In this document: piece by piece, positions 7,921-15,855 of the stretch | How positions within the stretch are numbered: the first letter of the stretch is position 1 | Layout: every line of letters begins with the position of its first letter | Origin: Promethearchaeota archaeon | Lineage (GTDB): Archaea; Asgardarchaeota; Hermodarchaeia; Hermodarchaeales; Hermodarchaeaceae | Direction: 5' to 3' | Length of the DNA: 32,000 nucleotides | Assembly: GCA_048938295.1 (NCBI GenBank) | Contig: JBHLMI010000003.1 | Span: forward strand, 90,001-122,000 | Notes under the pieces: model-generated | Told to the model about the DNA's origin: nothing | The model's database searches: none | The model's input: the letters and a program-made list of their open reading frames with translations, nothing else | Position numbers and translations under genes: made by a program

Positions 7921-9128
7921 GATGTTCCCTCTCTATTTGAAACAGTTGTTGTTCGATTGAGTGAATCCTGTGTGTTTTCAGCTGCATATAAAGAATCACG
8001 ATGTCTCCAAAAAAGGAAGGGTAATGTTATGCAAAGCACCCAATAATGAGCCAATCCCTCAGCTGTACTAGCTATGAAAAAGGCTAAGAGGAGCCCTGGG
8101 ATGAGAATGGCTTGAGCCCAATTAAGATTCTTTATGAAGTATACCAACCCAAAAATAGCGAAAACCATTACCATCAGCATCATCACATAAGCGATTTGTG
8201 GCGATAGTGGAGGGGGAAGCCCTAAACCAATTCCGATGTTGAAGACCCAGGAGGGGATTGAACCCATGAAAAGGAATCCCAACGGATAATACCGGTTGTA
8301 GTAGGGGCTTAAGCTGTTGTTATCTAGCCAATTGATATGGGGCCGTCCGACTTGCATGACCAGCAGGTCACGAACAAAGAGAATAGGATTCCAGAAAAAG
8401 AAGAGAAGAGTAATGAGAAGAAACGGTAGCATACCTAAAAAACTCCAGCGCAATTGACCTGCCTTCCAATGGTAAATGAGTATGAAAGGGATGAAGACTG
8501 CCCCCATTTGATAGGTGGCAGCGACGAGCACCGCATATGCTCCGCTTCGAACGGGTTTATCCAAGTTGATCAACATCAGGGTTAGTAGCATTAGAGGAAG
8601 CGACATGAAGGTAATGACGTTAACAAAAACAAAGAATGGATTCATCCAAATAACTTTGGAAATGACTCGGTGCTCATTTTGCCACAACCGATAAAAAGTG
8701 ACGAAATCAAAGAACCAGTGGAGCAAAAAGAAGGCAGGCATGAAATCCATAGTGCCAATGCTGTGTGGTCCAAGCCACAAAGCTGTTGGTAAATGGAACA
8801 GGATGGCGAAGGGTGGGTAATTGAAGTAATCTTGGGTGTAACTACCTGCAAAAGTGGAAAGAAGATAAGTTTGACCATAGGGATTGACACCATGGAGGAG
8901 ATTCACCATTCCTTTGAAGACTAATTCATTCATATCGGTGAGGTCACCCGCTACATTTAGGAACATGTAAAAAGCAAAGAAGGTGGCCAGCCGGACAATA
9001 ATACCAGCCCAAAAATCTGTGGCCCGAAGAAGGCGTGGAATATCATTGAGATTCAGTGTGATGCTAAGTCGTTGCCAAAGTGGTTTCTGCGGCTGTGGCT
9101 CAGACTTTGGCTCGCTCAGACTCGACAC
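7917..9128 (-). CDS. Polytopic GT-C superfamily glycosyltransferase (GT87/DUF2029-like), 403 aa
   Basis: Multiple TM helices; DLTDMNEL...GVNPYG...YFNYPPFAILF signature; clear paralog of 6607..7920. Confidence 0.75.
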   Translation of the reverse strand: MSSLSEPKSEPQPQKPLWQRLSITLNLNDIPRLLRATDFWAGIIVRLATFFAFYMFLNVAGDLTDMNELVFKGMVNLLHGVNPYGQTYLLSTFAGSYTQDYFNYPPFAILFHLPTALWLGPHSIGTMDFMPAFFLLHWFFDFVTFYRLWQNEHRVISKVIWMNPFFVFVNVITFMSLPLMLLTLMLINLDKPVRSGAYAVLVAATYQMGAVFIPFILIYHWKAGQLRWSFLGMLPFLLITLLFFFWNPILFVRDLLVMQVGRPHINWLDNNSLSPYYNRYYPLGFLFMGSIPSWVFNIGIGLGLPPPLSPQIAYVMMLMVMVFAIFGLVYFIKNLNWAQAILIPGLLLAFFIASTAEGLAHYWVLCITLPFLFWRHRDSLYAAENTQDSLNRTTTVSNREGTS

Positions 9129-9239
9129 ACACCTTCAACTAAAACAGACTGAGAGTGTAGGCTCTGTTACCTTTGCCCAAATAAGCCTTATGCCAATTAA
9201 ATGAAGAACCAAATGTCTTGATGAGAAATACAGGTTGAC

Positions 9240-10313
9240 CTAAAGGTAGCGTCGGAACATCTTGCCCCATTCAGTTTTCATGATTCGGTCAATGTGTTTC
9301 TTCCCTCGTGTTTTCAACCAAATGTCGCGAAGGTAATGGCTGATTTTCACGTTCACATTGAAGAATGCTGATCGCATCATGAATGGCTCCAAGAAGCTGC
9401 TCCGGAAGAAGCGGTCAAACCGAATAACAGGGTCGAGTTTGGTTTCGTATTCAAAGCAGACGCCATCAATATCGTCGCCTACAATCTCTTTCGTGCAGAG
9501 ATCCCCATTACCTAAACCCTGTTCGTGTGCCATCCGCACGTGACCAATGTCCATGGGGTTGTATCCAATCATTTGTGCACAGAGGGCATCTAAGGCTACC
9601 AGATCTCCGCTAGCGGCGATATAGTTTTGTACATAAGGGCGTCCGGTGCGTGGACCTGCACCATCCATCGCGATAGTGCTGTCAGCGAAGGCGAAGAGCG
9701 GACCACAGAACTCTTGTTGGATGCGCAGCAAGTCGACTAAGATTTCATGGATTCTGAGATGATAATGGTGGCGAACCGTTCGCAAAAACCCAAAGGCATT
9801 TTTCATCGAGCAGGTAATCGTACTGTGACCATGGCATTTGAAGGTGGGCAAATGGATAATTTGTGCGTCGATGATGGGTTTTGGCATTAGCATATCTTCT
9901 TGACCAAAGACCATGGGTTGGGATGGATTGACTTCCACCCATTCCTCGTCGACAAGAATCGTCCATGGAACATCAAATTTCTCGAGTAAGGGTACATAGC
10001 GATTCTTGTACATCCCTGTTCGAGCATCAGTAACAACCGTCATATTCTCCAATGCGAGGACATCTGTGAAGTTGCGCTTAGACAACTCCCGGAGTGTCGC
10101 ATCAAGCTGGTAGGGTTGAGTCGAACAGGAGGGAAAATACTCTTGCCAAGAAATATTGAGCTTCATTACAGTTCGTGCTTTGGGATCAAAGAACGAATCA
10201 AGCTTCGCTAGGCGGAAGAGACGGGCGACATCATCGAAATAAGTTTCAGGAGTCGTTTTAACAACAGCGAGAGGCAGTTTGCTTGGGTCTATTTTCTTCA
10301 TACTGTTCACCAT
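9240..10313 (-). CDS. DUF362 family protein without ferredoxin domain (357 aa)
   Basis: Motifs KLNISW...ST, LPTFKCH...TCSMKNAFG, D...MDGAGP..G, AS.D.VALDA...MIG are typical of DUF362; no CxxCxxC cluster motifs. Confidence 0.85.
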   Translation of the reverse strand: MVNSMKKIDPSKLPLAVVKTTPETYFDDVARLFRLAKLDSFFDPKARTVMKLNISWQEYFPSCSTQPYQLDATLRELSKRNFTDVLALENMTVVTDARTGMYKNRYVPLLEKFDVPWTILVDEEWVEVNPSQPMVFGQEDMLMPKPIIDAQIIHLPTFKCHGHSTITCSMKNAFGFLRTVRHHYHLRIHEILVDLLRIQQEFCGPLFAFADSTIAMDGAGPRTGRPYVQNYIAASGDLVALDALCAQMIGYNPMDIGHVRMAHEQGLGNGDLCTKEIVGDDIDGVCFEYETKLDPVIRFDRFFRSSFLEPFMMRSAFFNVNVKISHYLRDIWLKTRGKKHIDRIMKTEWGKMFRRYL

Positions 10314-10349
10314 TACGCCCAGTAAAAAACACGGGGAGTTGTATCAGCT

Positions 10350-11417
10350 TTAACCTTTCGGTCTATCAACCTTCTCTGGACCTTGGGTTTCAATATATTG
10401 TGGTTCTTTCTCATTCTGAAGCGATTGATAGCCCCGTCCCATGGTGGCTAGTGAAGGCACCCCTAAAATGGACAGCCCGATGATATAGATTATACCATCA
10501 AGCAATGCAATTCCTGCAGCGTGTGTAATCCCAAATCCAGGGAGATAGCTTTGCAAGGCAAAAAATTGGAAAAAGAAGATTCCGATACCTGCCGGAATGA
10601 GAATTGCAAGTAAATGTCCTGCGGTATAACTGATTGAAGCCACAAAGATTGATTCAAGAACTGTTAGAACTTCAGAAAATGCGGAGGCAAGAAATGCAAG
10701 TTTCATGGTCTCTATAATCCAAAGTGGCACGCTAATTAAAAAAGCAATTCCTGAATTCCAGCTACTGATATCAGTTCGCATATCCGCAGCGAAATTCTCA
10801 ACAAACGTGGGGACCTCATCTTTGAGTCGTTTTGAAGGTTTGAATAGGCGTCCTACAATTCGGGAAAACCAACTAACAAACCGCTCATTGCGAATGAGAA
10901 TGAAGAACGCTACAAAGGCAATTACCAATACAATACCGCCTAAAAGTGATGAAAAGGCTTGACCTGTTACTGCTCCGAATATCATGAAAGCAGAGAATAC
11001 AATGATTAGCACAAGACTCGCGAAATCTAATACTCTAGCAAGTAGTATGGATGACAAACCTGCTGAAAATCGTGTCCCTGTTTTTTCTCGGAGCCAATAG
11101 GGAGTGGCAATATCTCCTGCACGCAATGGAATGACATAGGTTAGGAAAATCCCACCAACCAGCATCGGGAAAAGCTGAAGGGGATTGTCCTTGGTATTAA
11201 AAGGGCGAAGGAGAAACCACCAACGAACTGCACGAAGAATATATGCAATGGCAAAGAGACCAAAGGCCGGAAGCATCCAAAATAAATTGGCAGTCATTAG
11301 AGTTTCCACTAGCGCAAATATTCCTCCCTCTCCATTAATGATTAGAGCAATATGAAGCCAAAGAACAATAAGTACTAGACTGACTCCAGCAATCAGATAG
11401 TACCATCGTTGGCGCAT
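10350..11417 (-). CDS. Lysylphosphatidylglycerol-synthase TM region / UPF0104 flippase-like membrane protein (355 aa)
   Basis: Polytopic; family motifs LRAVRWWFLL, FLTYVIPLRAGD, SILLARVLDF, W..E...L..LA.AF. Confidence 0.85.
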   Translation of the reverse strand: MRQRWYYLIAGVSLVLIVLWLHIALIINGEGGIFALVETLMTANLFWMLPAFGLFAIAYILRAVRWWFLLRPFNTKDNPLQLFPMLVGGIFLTYVIPLRAGDIATPYWLREKTGTRFSAGLSSILLARVLDFASLVLIIVFSAFMIFGAVTGQAFSSLLGGIVLVIAFVAFFILIRNERFVSWFSRIVGRLFKPSKRLKDEVPTFVENFAADMRTDISSWNSGIAFLISVPLWIIETMKLAFLASAFSEVLTVLESIFVASISYTAGHLLAILIPAGIGIFFFQFFALQSYLPGFGITHAAGIALLDGIIYIIGLSILGVPSLATMGRGYQSLQNEKEPQYIETQGPEKVDRPKG

Positions 11418-11550
11418 TGAAAACAGCTCTCAAATTTGAGGCTAGCGTCCAATCTGCCCATATTCTAACCTAAATAGTTATCCCAGCTAAGAAAAACCGA
11501 AGAATGTTCCTAGTAACCTTTTTAGAAGATAACAAAGATGACACCACCAT

Positions 11551-12300
11551 ATGCCTCCAAGATATGTTGTGATTCCTGCGGCTGGTAAAGGAAGACGTAT
11601 TCGACCCTATTCTGAAAAAGTGCCAAAACCCATGATCCAGGTCTTTAACCGCCCGATTCTTGCCCATGTTATCGACCGTTGTAAGGATGCTGGAATCACG
11701 AATATCATCTTAGTCGTTAACCCCGAATCCAATGCTGTGGAAAACTACTTCGGGGACGGAAGTGAGTTCGGAGTCTCGATCGAGTACGTGAGGCAACCCA
11801 AACCTGAAGGTATTGGGCACGCCGTTGGTTTAACTGAAGGGATTGTTGAAATCCCCTTTGCGGTGTACTTGGGGGATGAACTGTATATCGATTCAGATCA
11901 TCGCGGGTTTATCCGATCATTCGACGATACCGGATTTGCAGCCTCGATTGGGATCATGCGGGTCGAGGATGAGAATCTGATTCGCAAGAATTATTCTGTT
12001 GAAATAGATCTAGAAACCCATATCATCCAACATTTAGTCGAGAAACCCGTCGAATTGACCAACAATATCCTCGGGTGTGGCTCTTACATCTTCAATGAAA
12101 CCGTGTTCGAAGCGATCCGTCACACTCCACGTTCGAAGAAGAATGAAATTGAAATAACCGATACCCTCAACACTCTTCGGGAATTGGGGTACGTTGTCGG
12201 TGGGTATTTTCTTGGCGGTCACTACCTTAACGTGACATATCCGGCAGACATTGTTGAAGCAGAAAAACTACTCAGCCGAGACCAAGACCGGATTTTATAG
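11551..12300 (+). CDS. Sugar-1-phosphate nucleotidyltransferase (glucose-1-P thymidylyltransferase-like), catalytic domain only (249 aa)
   Basis: VIPAAGKGRRIRPYSEKVPKPM signature, QPKPEGIGHAV, YLGD, LVEKP, EITD; no left-handed beta-helix domain. Confidence 0.9.
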   Translation: MPPRYVVIPAAGKGRRIRPYSEKVPKPMIQVFNRPILAHVIDRCKDAGITNIILVVNPESNAVENYFGDGSEFGVSIEYVRQPKPEGIGHAVGLTEGIVEIPFAVYLGDELYIDSDHRGFIRSFDDTGFAASIGIMRVEDENLIRKNYSVEIDLETHIIQHLVEKPVELTNNILGCGSYIFNETVFEAIRHTPRSKKNEIEITDTLNTLRELGYVVGGYFLGGHYLNVTYPADIVEAEKLLSRDQDRIL

Positions 12301-12993
12301 ATTCAAAATGACCTTGATCATTTGAAGGCCATTTCGGAAAGCTTTTGCTTTGGAGGTTGTGATTTTTGCCTCGCCTACACGGGTCAAGTAATGGACGGGA
12401 ATTTCCTTCATCTTCCCACCGTACCGAAGGACTTTCACAATCATTTGTGGTGAAAGTGATGCCCCTTCAGCATCTAATTCTGGAAGAATCGCTTCCAACA
12501 TTTCACGTCGAATCACACGAAGCGTGCACCCGACATCAGTTAGTGGGGTATACCCGTGAAGTAGCCCAAGTAGCTTAGCCACTGCCATATTCCCGACGAC
12601 CAAAAATAGCCCCATATTAGCCCCTTCCTCAAGATAAGGAGTTGCTGTCCGAGTACCAACCGCAAAGTGGCGTGTTCGGACTTCCCGTAATAATCGAAGG
12701 ACATCGAATCCACGGAAGGTTTGATCTGCTTCGGTGATGATTATAAAATCATAGTCACGGTCAAGAGCTTCACGCAATCCACGGCGAATTGCTGCTCCAT
12801 ACCCTTGGATGGGTTCAGGAATAACTGTGGCACCAGCAGCTTTGGCAACTTTGGCTGTGCTATCAGTCGAGTTGTTATCGATGACAATGACATCATCAAC
12901 TTCTTTGGTCTTGAAGTCTTTAATTGTGGCAGCGATCGGCTTTTCCTCGTTCCATGCAGGGATGACGACGCACACACGCTTTCCAGCGTACAT
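12295..12993 (-). CDS. GT2 family glycosyltransferase, polyprenol/dolichol-phosphate hexosyltransferase-like (232 aa)
   Basis: VVIPAWNEE, IDNNSTDST, GYGAA, EADQT (DxD-like), TDVGCTLR, EIPVHY..R.GE.KIT; no TM tail (DPM1-like architecture). Confidence 0.88.
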   Translation of the reverse strand: MYAGKRVCVVIPAWNEEKPIAATIKDFKTKEVDDVIVIDNNSTDSTAKVAKAAGATVIPEPIQGYGAAIRRGLREALDRDYDFIIITEADQTFRGFDVLRLLREVRTRHFAVGTRTATPYLEEGANMGLFLVVGNMAVAKLLGLLHGYTPLTDVGCTLRVIRREMLEAILPELDAEGASLSPQMIVKVLRYGGKMKEIPVHYLTRVGEAKITTSKAKAFRNGLQMIKVILNL

Positions 12994-13089
12994 AGCAACT
13001 CACCAGTAGTAAACGTTCTTAGAATATAGCCTTTCATACACTAGGCTTCCTATAAAAGAATTAAAACTCAGAGACGGGAATTACACCAT

Positions 13090-13656
13090 TTACACTTTTA
13101 GCGAATAAGCTGGCTTAATAACACCTTCATCGGTTGCTTGAAGCATTTTCTCTGCTAGAAACTCGAAGAGAGTAGTGACATTCACGCCAGTTCGTGCACT
13201 AACAGGCATATAAGCACGAATCCCATAATTTTCACAGAAGGTCCTGATTTCGGTTTCCGAAGGTCCACCTTCCATATCCGCTTTTGCGCCGACAAGGATG
13301 ATTGGAATCCCATTGGTGCTATTATGAATAACATCCATCCAGAACTCCAGTTGAAGAAAGGTGGAAAAGCGAGTAAGGTCAAAGACAACAATAGCTCCAT
13401 GTGCACCCAAACAAAAAATCGGCATCAATTCGCGGAAGCGTTCCTCTCCACCGAAATCCCAAATTGATAGCCCCACTTTTTGGTTTTTGATCTCAATATC
13501 CTGATAAGCAAACTCAGATCCCACAGTCATCACTGGAGACGAGCTATCTTCAAAGAGGTAACGCCGGATGATACTGGTCTTCCCCACTCCTCCTTCACCT
13601 GCAACAATGACTTTGAAGATTGGAGTCTGAGATTTAATCACAGCTGATTGGACCAC
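13090..13656 (-). CDS. Rab/Ras-like small GTPase (188 aa)
   Basis: G1 GEGGVGKTS, G2 MTVG, G3 WDFGGEERF, G4 GAKAD, G5 SAR; GAIVVFDLTR..TF..L..W segment typical of Rab-like GTPases; no C-terminal prenylation cysteine. Confidence 0.93.
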   Translation of the reverse strand: MVQSAVIKSQTPIFKVIVAGEGGVGKTSIIRRYLFEDSSSPVMTVGSEFAYQDIEIKNQKVGLSIWDFGGEERFRELMPIFCLGAHGAIVVFDLTRFSTFLQLEFWMDVIHNSTNGIPIILVGAKADMEGGPSETEIRTFCENYGIRAYMPVSARTGVNVTTLFEFLAEKMLQATDEGVIKPAYSLKV

Positions 13657-13757
13657 AGGCTCGGAACTACCATTGATTTGTTGATTCGTAGCCAGTGTTT
13701 ACACCACTTCGGGAGCCATTTATGGCTTAGCCACTCTCTGAGCGGTTGCCACACCTT

Positions 13758-13790
13758 TCAAGTCAATTACAGGAGACTTGATTTTTATAC
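13758..13790 (+). promoter_or_regulatory. Inverted repeat TCAAGTC-N10-GACTTGA directly followed by TATA-like TTTTTATAC in the GTPase/HDAC divergent intergenic region
   Basis: Perfect 7-bp inverted repeat at 13758-13781, TATA-like element at 13782-13790. Confidence 0.35.
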
Positions 13791-13897
13791 TATCGGGGTT
13801 CTTCGACCGATTATCGAGTTCTTTGGATTTTTCGCAACTACTTTAGGTGAAAAGAACTGATTATTCGTAATTCACATTTTCTGGTGAGTGTCTCACG

Positions 13898-15052
13898 ATG
13901 ACTGATTCGGTTGCTGTATTTTATGATGAACGGTTCATGAAATACGATTTGGGACCACATCATCCGCTCCATCAGAACCGAATCTTGTTGCATCATGAGT
14001 TGAGTCGAGTGTTAGGACTATTCTCGAGTAAGGGAGTGAGTCTTCCTAAGTTCCAACCAGCTACGGATGAACAACTCCGCTTCGTCCATACCCAAACATA
14101 CATTGATCAAGTCCGAAATTTGAGTCAGCGTAGCGGGTATTCATCGTTGGATATGGGTGATACCGTGGCTTTTCCCGGTGCATATGATATTACTCGCCTA
14201 ATGGTGGGTGCGACGTTGGCAGGTGTGGATGCTGTGATGAGGGGAAAGGCGCATCACTCTTGGAATTCAAGTGGTGGTCTCCACCATGCTCATGCTGACC
14301 GGGCTGCAGGATTTTGTATCTTCAACGATGTAGCAATCGCCTGCCATTACCTGAAACAAAAATATAAACAGAAGCGCATCATGTACCTGGATATTGACGT
14401 TCACCACGCTGATGGGGTCGAAGAGCAGTTTTACCGTGATCCTGAGGTACTCACGCTTTCAATCCATCAGACAGGTCGGACCCTGTTTCCCGGAACCGGT
14501 TACACTCATGATTTTGGGGATGGCGAAGGAAAAGGGTATGCAGTGAACCTGCCATTACCACCATATACTCAGGACCAACAATACCTTGATGCCTTTGAGG
14601 CTATTGTTCCCCCGATTATAGAAAATTATAAACCTCAAGTCATTGTGATGCAAAGCGGCGTAGATACCCATTTCCAAGATCAACTTGGAAACTTACTTTT
14701 AACGACCCATGCATTTGACCAAATCAGTCAAAGAGTACATGAACTCGCACACAAACATTCTAGAGGACGGTTGATTGCGGTTGGTGGAGGTGGTTATTCG
14801 TACTACTCGGTTCCGCGGTGCTGGACTATTATTCTGGCCCGATATATGGGAGTTGATGTCGATAATAACCTCCCAGGGGAGTGGAGAGAGTTCTTCAAAA
14901 GTATTACTGGATTGGAGGCTCCTAGGTTCCTTCATGATAAGGAGGTGCCTTCCTTATCAGAGCTTGATCAGGCACGGGTTGGCCGGATAGTTAATGAAAG
15001 TGTATCACAAGTTCAGGATATGGTTTTCCCACTGCTTGGTATTTCGAAATGA
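13898..15052 (+). CDS. acuC: Zn-dependent histone deacetylase family protein, AcuC-like (384 aa)
   Basis: HP..Q.R, GGLHHA, GFCIFND, YLDIDVHHADG, SIHQ...FPGTG, NLPLP, Q.GVDTH..D.LG, GGGGY; catalytic His-His, Zn ligands and Tyr all present. Confidence 0.93.
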   Translation: MTDSVAVFYDERFMKYDLGPHHPLHQNRILLHHELSRVLGLFSSKGVSLPKFQPATDEQLRFVHTQTYIDQVRNLSQRSGYSSLDMGDTVAFPGAYDITRLMVGATLAGVDAVMRGKAHHSWNSSGGLHHAHADRAAGFCIFNDVAIACHYLKQKYKQKRIMYLDIDVHHADGVEEQFYRDPEVLTLSIHQTGRTLFPGTGYTHDFGDGEGKGYAVNLPLPPYTQDQQYLDAFEAIVPPIIENYKPQVIVMQSGVDTHFQDQLGNLLLTTHAFDQISQRVHELAHKHSRGRLIAVGGGGYSYYSVPRCWTIILARYMGVDVDNNLPGEWREFFKSITGLEAPRFLHDKEVPSLSELDQARVGRIVNESVSQVQDMVFPLLGISK

Positions 15053-15062
15053 ATACAGCTTC

Positions 15063-15081
15063 CAGAAGCGCTATCCTTCTG
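15063..15081. terminator. Short hairpin between convergent HDAC and regulator genes
   Basis: CAGAAG-N7-CTTCTG, 6-bp stem only. Confidence 0.2.
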
Positions 15082-15155
15082 CTACGATAAGTTTCCTCGA
15101 TTTCCCTGAATCATAATCACTTCGGGAGCTTACTAAAAAAGTCTAACCTGACATT

Positions 15156-15692
15156 CTACAAATGTTCTTTCTGGAGTGAGGAAATCACAGAATCTAAATA
15201 TTTAGCCACTTCTTGGCTTTCCTTTGCTTTTTCTTCAAGTTGTTGTATCAGGTCAATAGCCGCGCGTTTTCGGTCCAGGTCATTGGGAATACCACGAAGC
15301 CGTTGAGATAGTATTAGAAGCTGGTGGATTTCCGGATAACTCCGTTGAATGACTCCTTCAATTGTGCGTGGCTGCTGTGAACCCGGAACCACTCGGACAA
15401 TTCGAATGCCTTGTGGAGTGATTTGCAGAGAGACCCGTATACTTTTCGCGAGTCGATAGTATTTACGAGGTGGTCCGCGGATGCTTTCGTCTTCATAGGT
15501 TTCTAGGAATCCGCGTTCGATGAGTTCCTGTAGGTGGCGGAGAATTGCCTGTTGGTGGGCGGCTAGTTCTCGGCTGAGCTGACCCAGAAACATCGGTTCT
15601 AGGGAGATGCGTCGAAGAATTTCGAATCGGGTGGGATTGCCGAGGAGCCAAAAGAGGTGGATAGACTCATCGTTGGAATTGGGTTGAGACAT
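15156..15692 (-). CDS. ArsR-family winged-helix regulator, archaeal heat-shock regulator (HSR1/Phr)-like (178 aa)
   Basis: LLGNPTRFEILRRIS.EP.FLGQLSREL...QQAILRHL..L...G......RGPPRKYYRL followed by a helical/coiled-coil C-terminus; divergent from Hsp20. Confidence 0.88.
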   Translation of the reverse strand: MSQPNSNDESIHLFWLLGNPTRFEILRRISLEPMFLGQLSRELAAHQQAILRHLQELIERGFLETYEDESIRGPPRKYYRLAKSIRVSLQITPQGIRIVRVVPGSQQPRTIEGVIQRSYPEIHQLLILSQRLRGIPNDLDRKRAAIDLIQQLEEKAKESQEVAKYLDSVISSLQKEHL

Positions 15693-15712
15693 CGGGATCG
15701 TGTCCGTAGGGG

Positions 15713-15821
15713 TTAGTCACCATGTGTTAGTGACAGGATGAGAGTATTTAGTCTTGTGGTCATGTGGAAAGGTTTAAAAGGAAGTATTACTCACAAACTA
15801 TTAGTCACAATATGTGAGTAA
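15713..15821. promoter_or_regulatory. Three 21-bp imperfect palindromic operator boxes (15713-15733, 15787-15807, 15801-15821) and BRE/TATA GGAAAGGTTTAAAAG (15766-15780)
   Basis: Cores GTCAC-N5-GTTAG, CTCAC-N5-ATTAG and GTCAC-N5-GTGAG; boxes 1 and 3 match at 17/21 positions; similar to the A. fulgidus HSR1 site CTAAC-N5-GTTAG. Confidence 0.75.
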
Positions 15822-15855
15822 ATAGATGCGAATAACTACAAGGAGACCCACTGCT

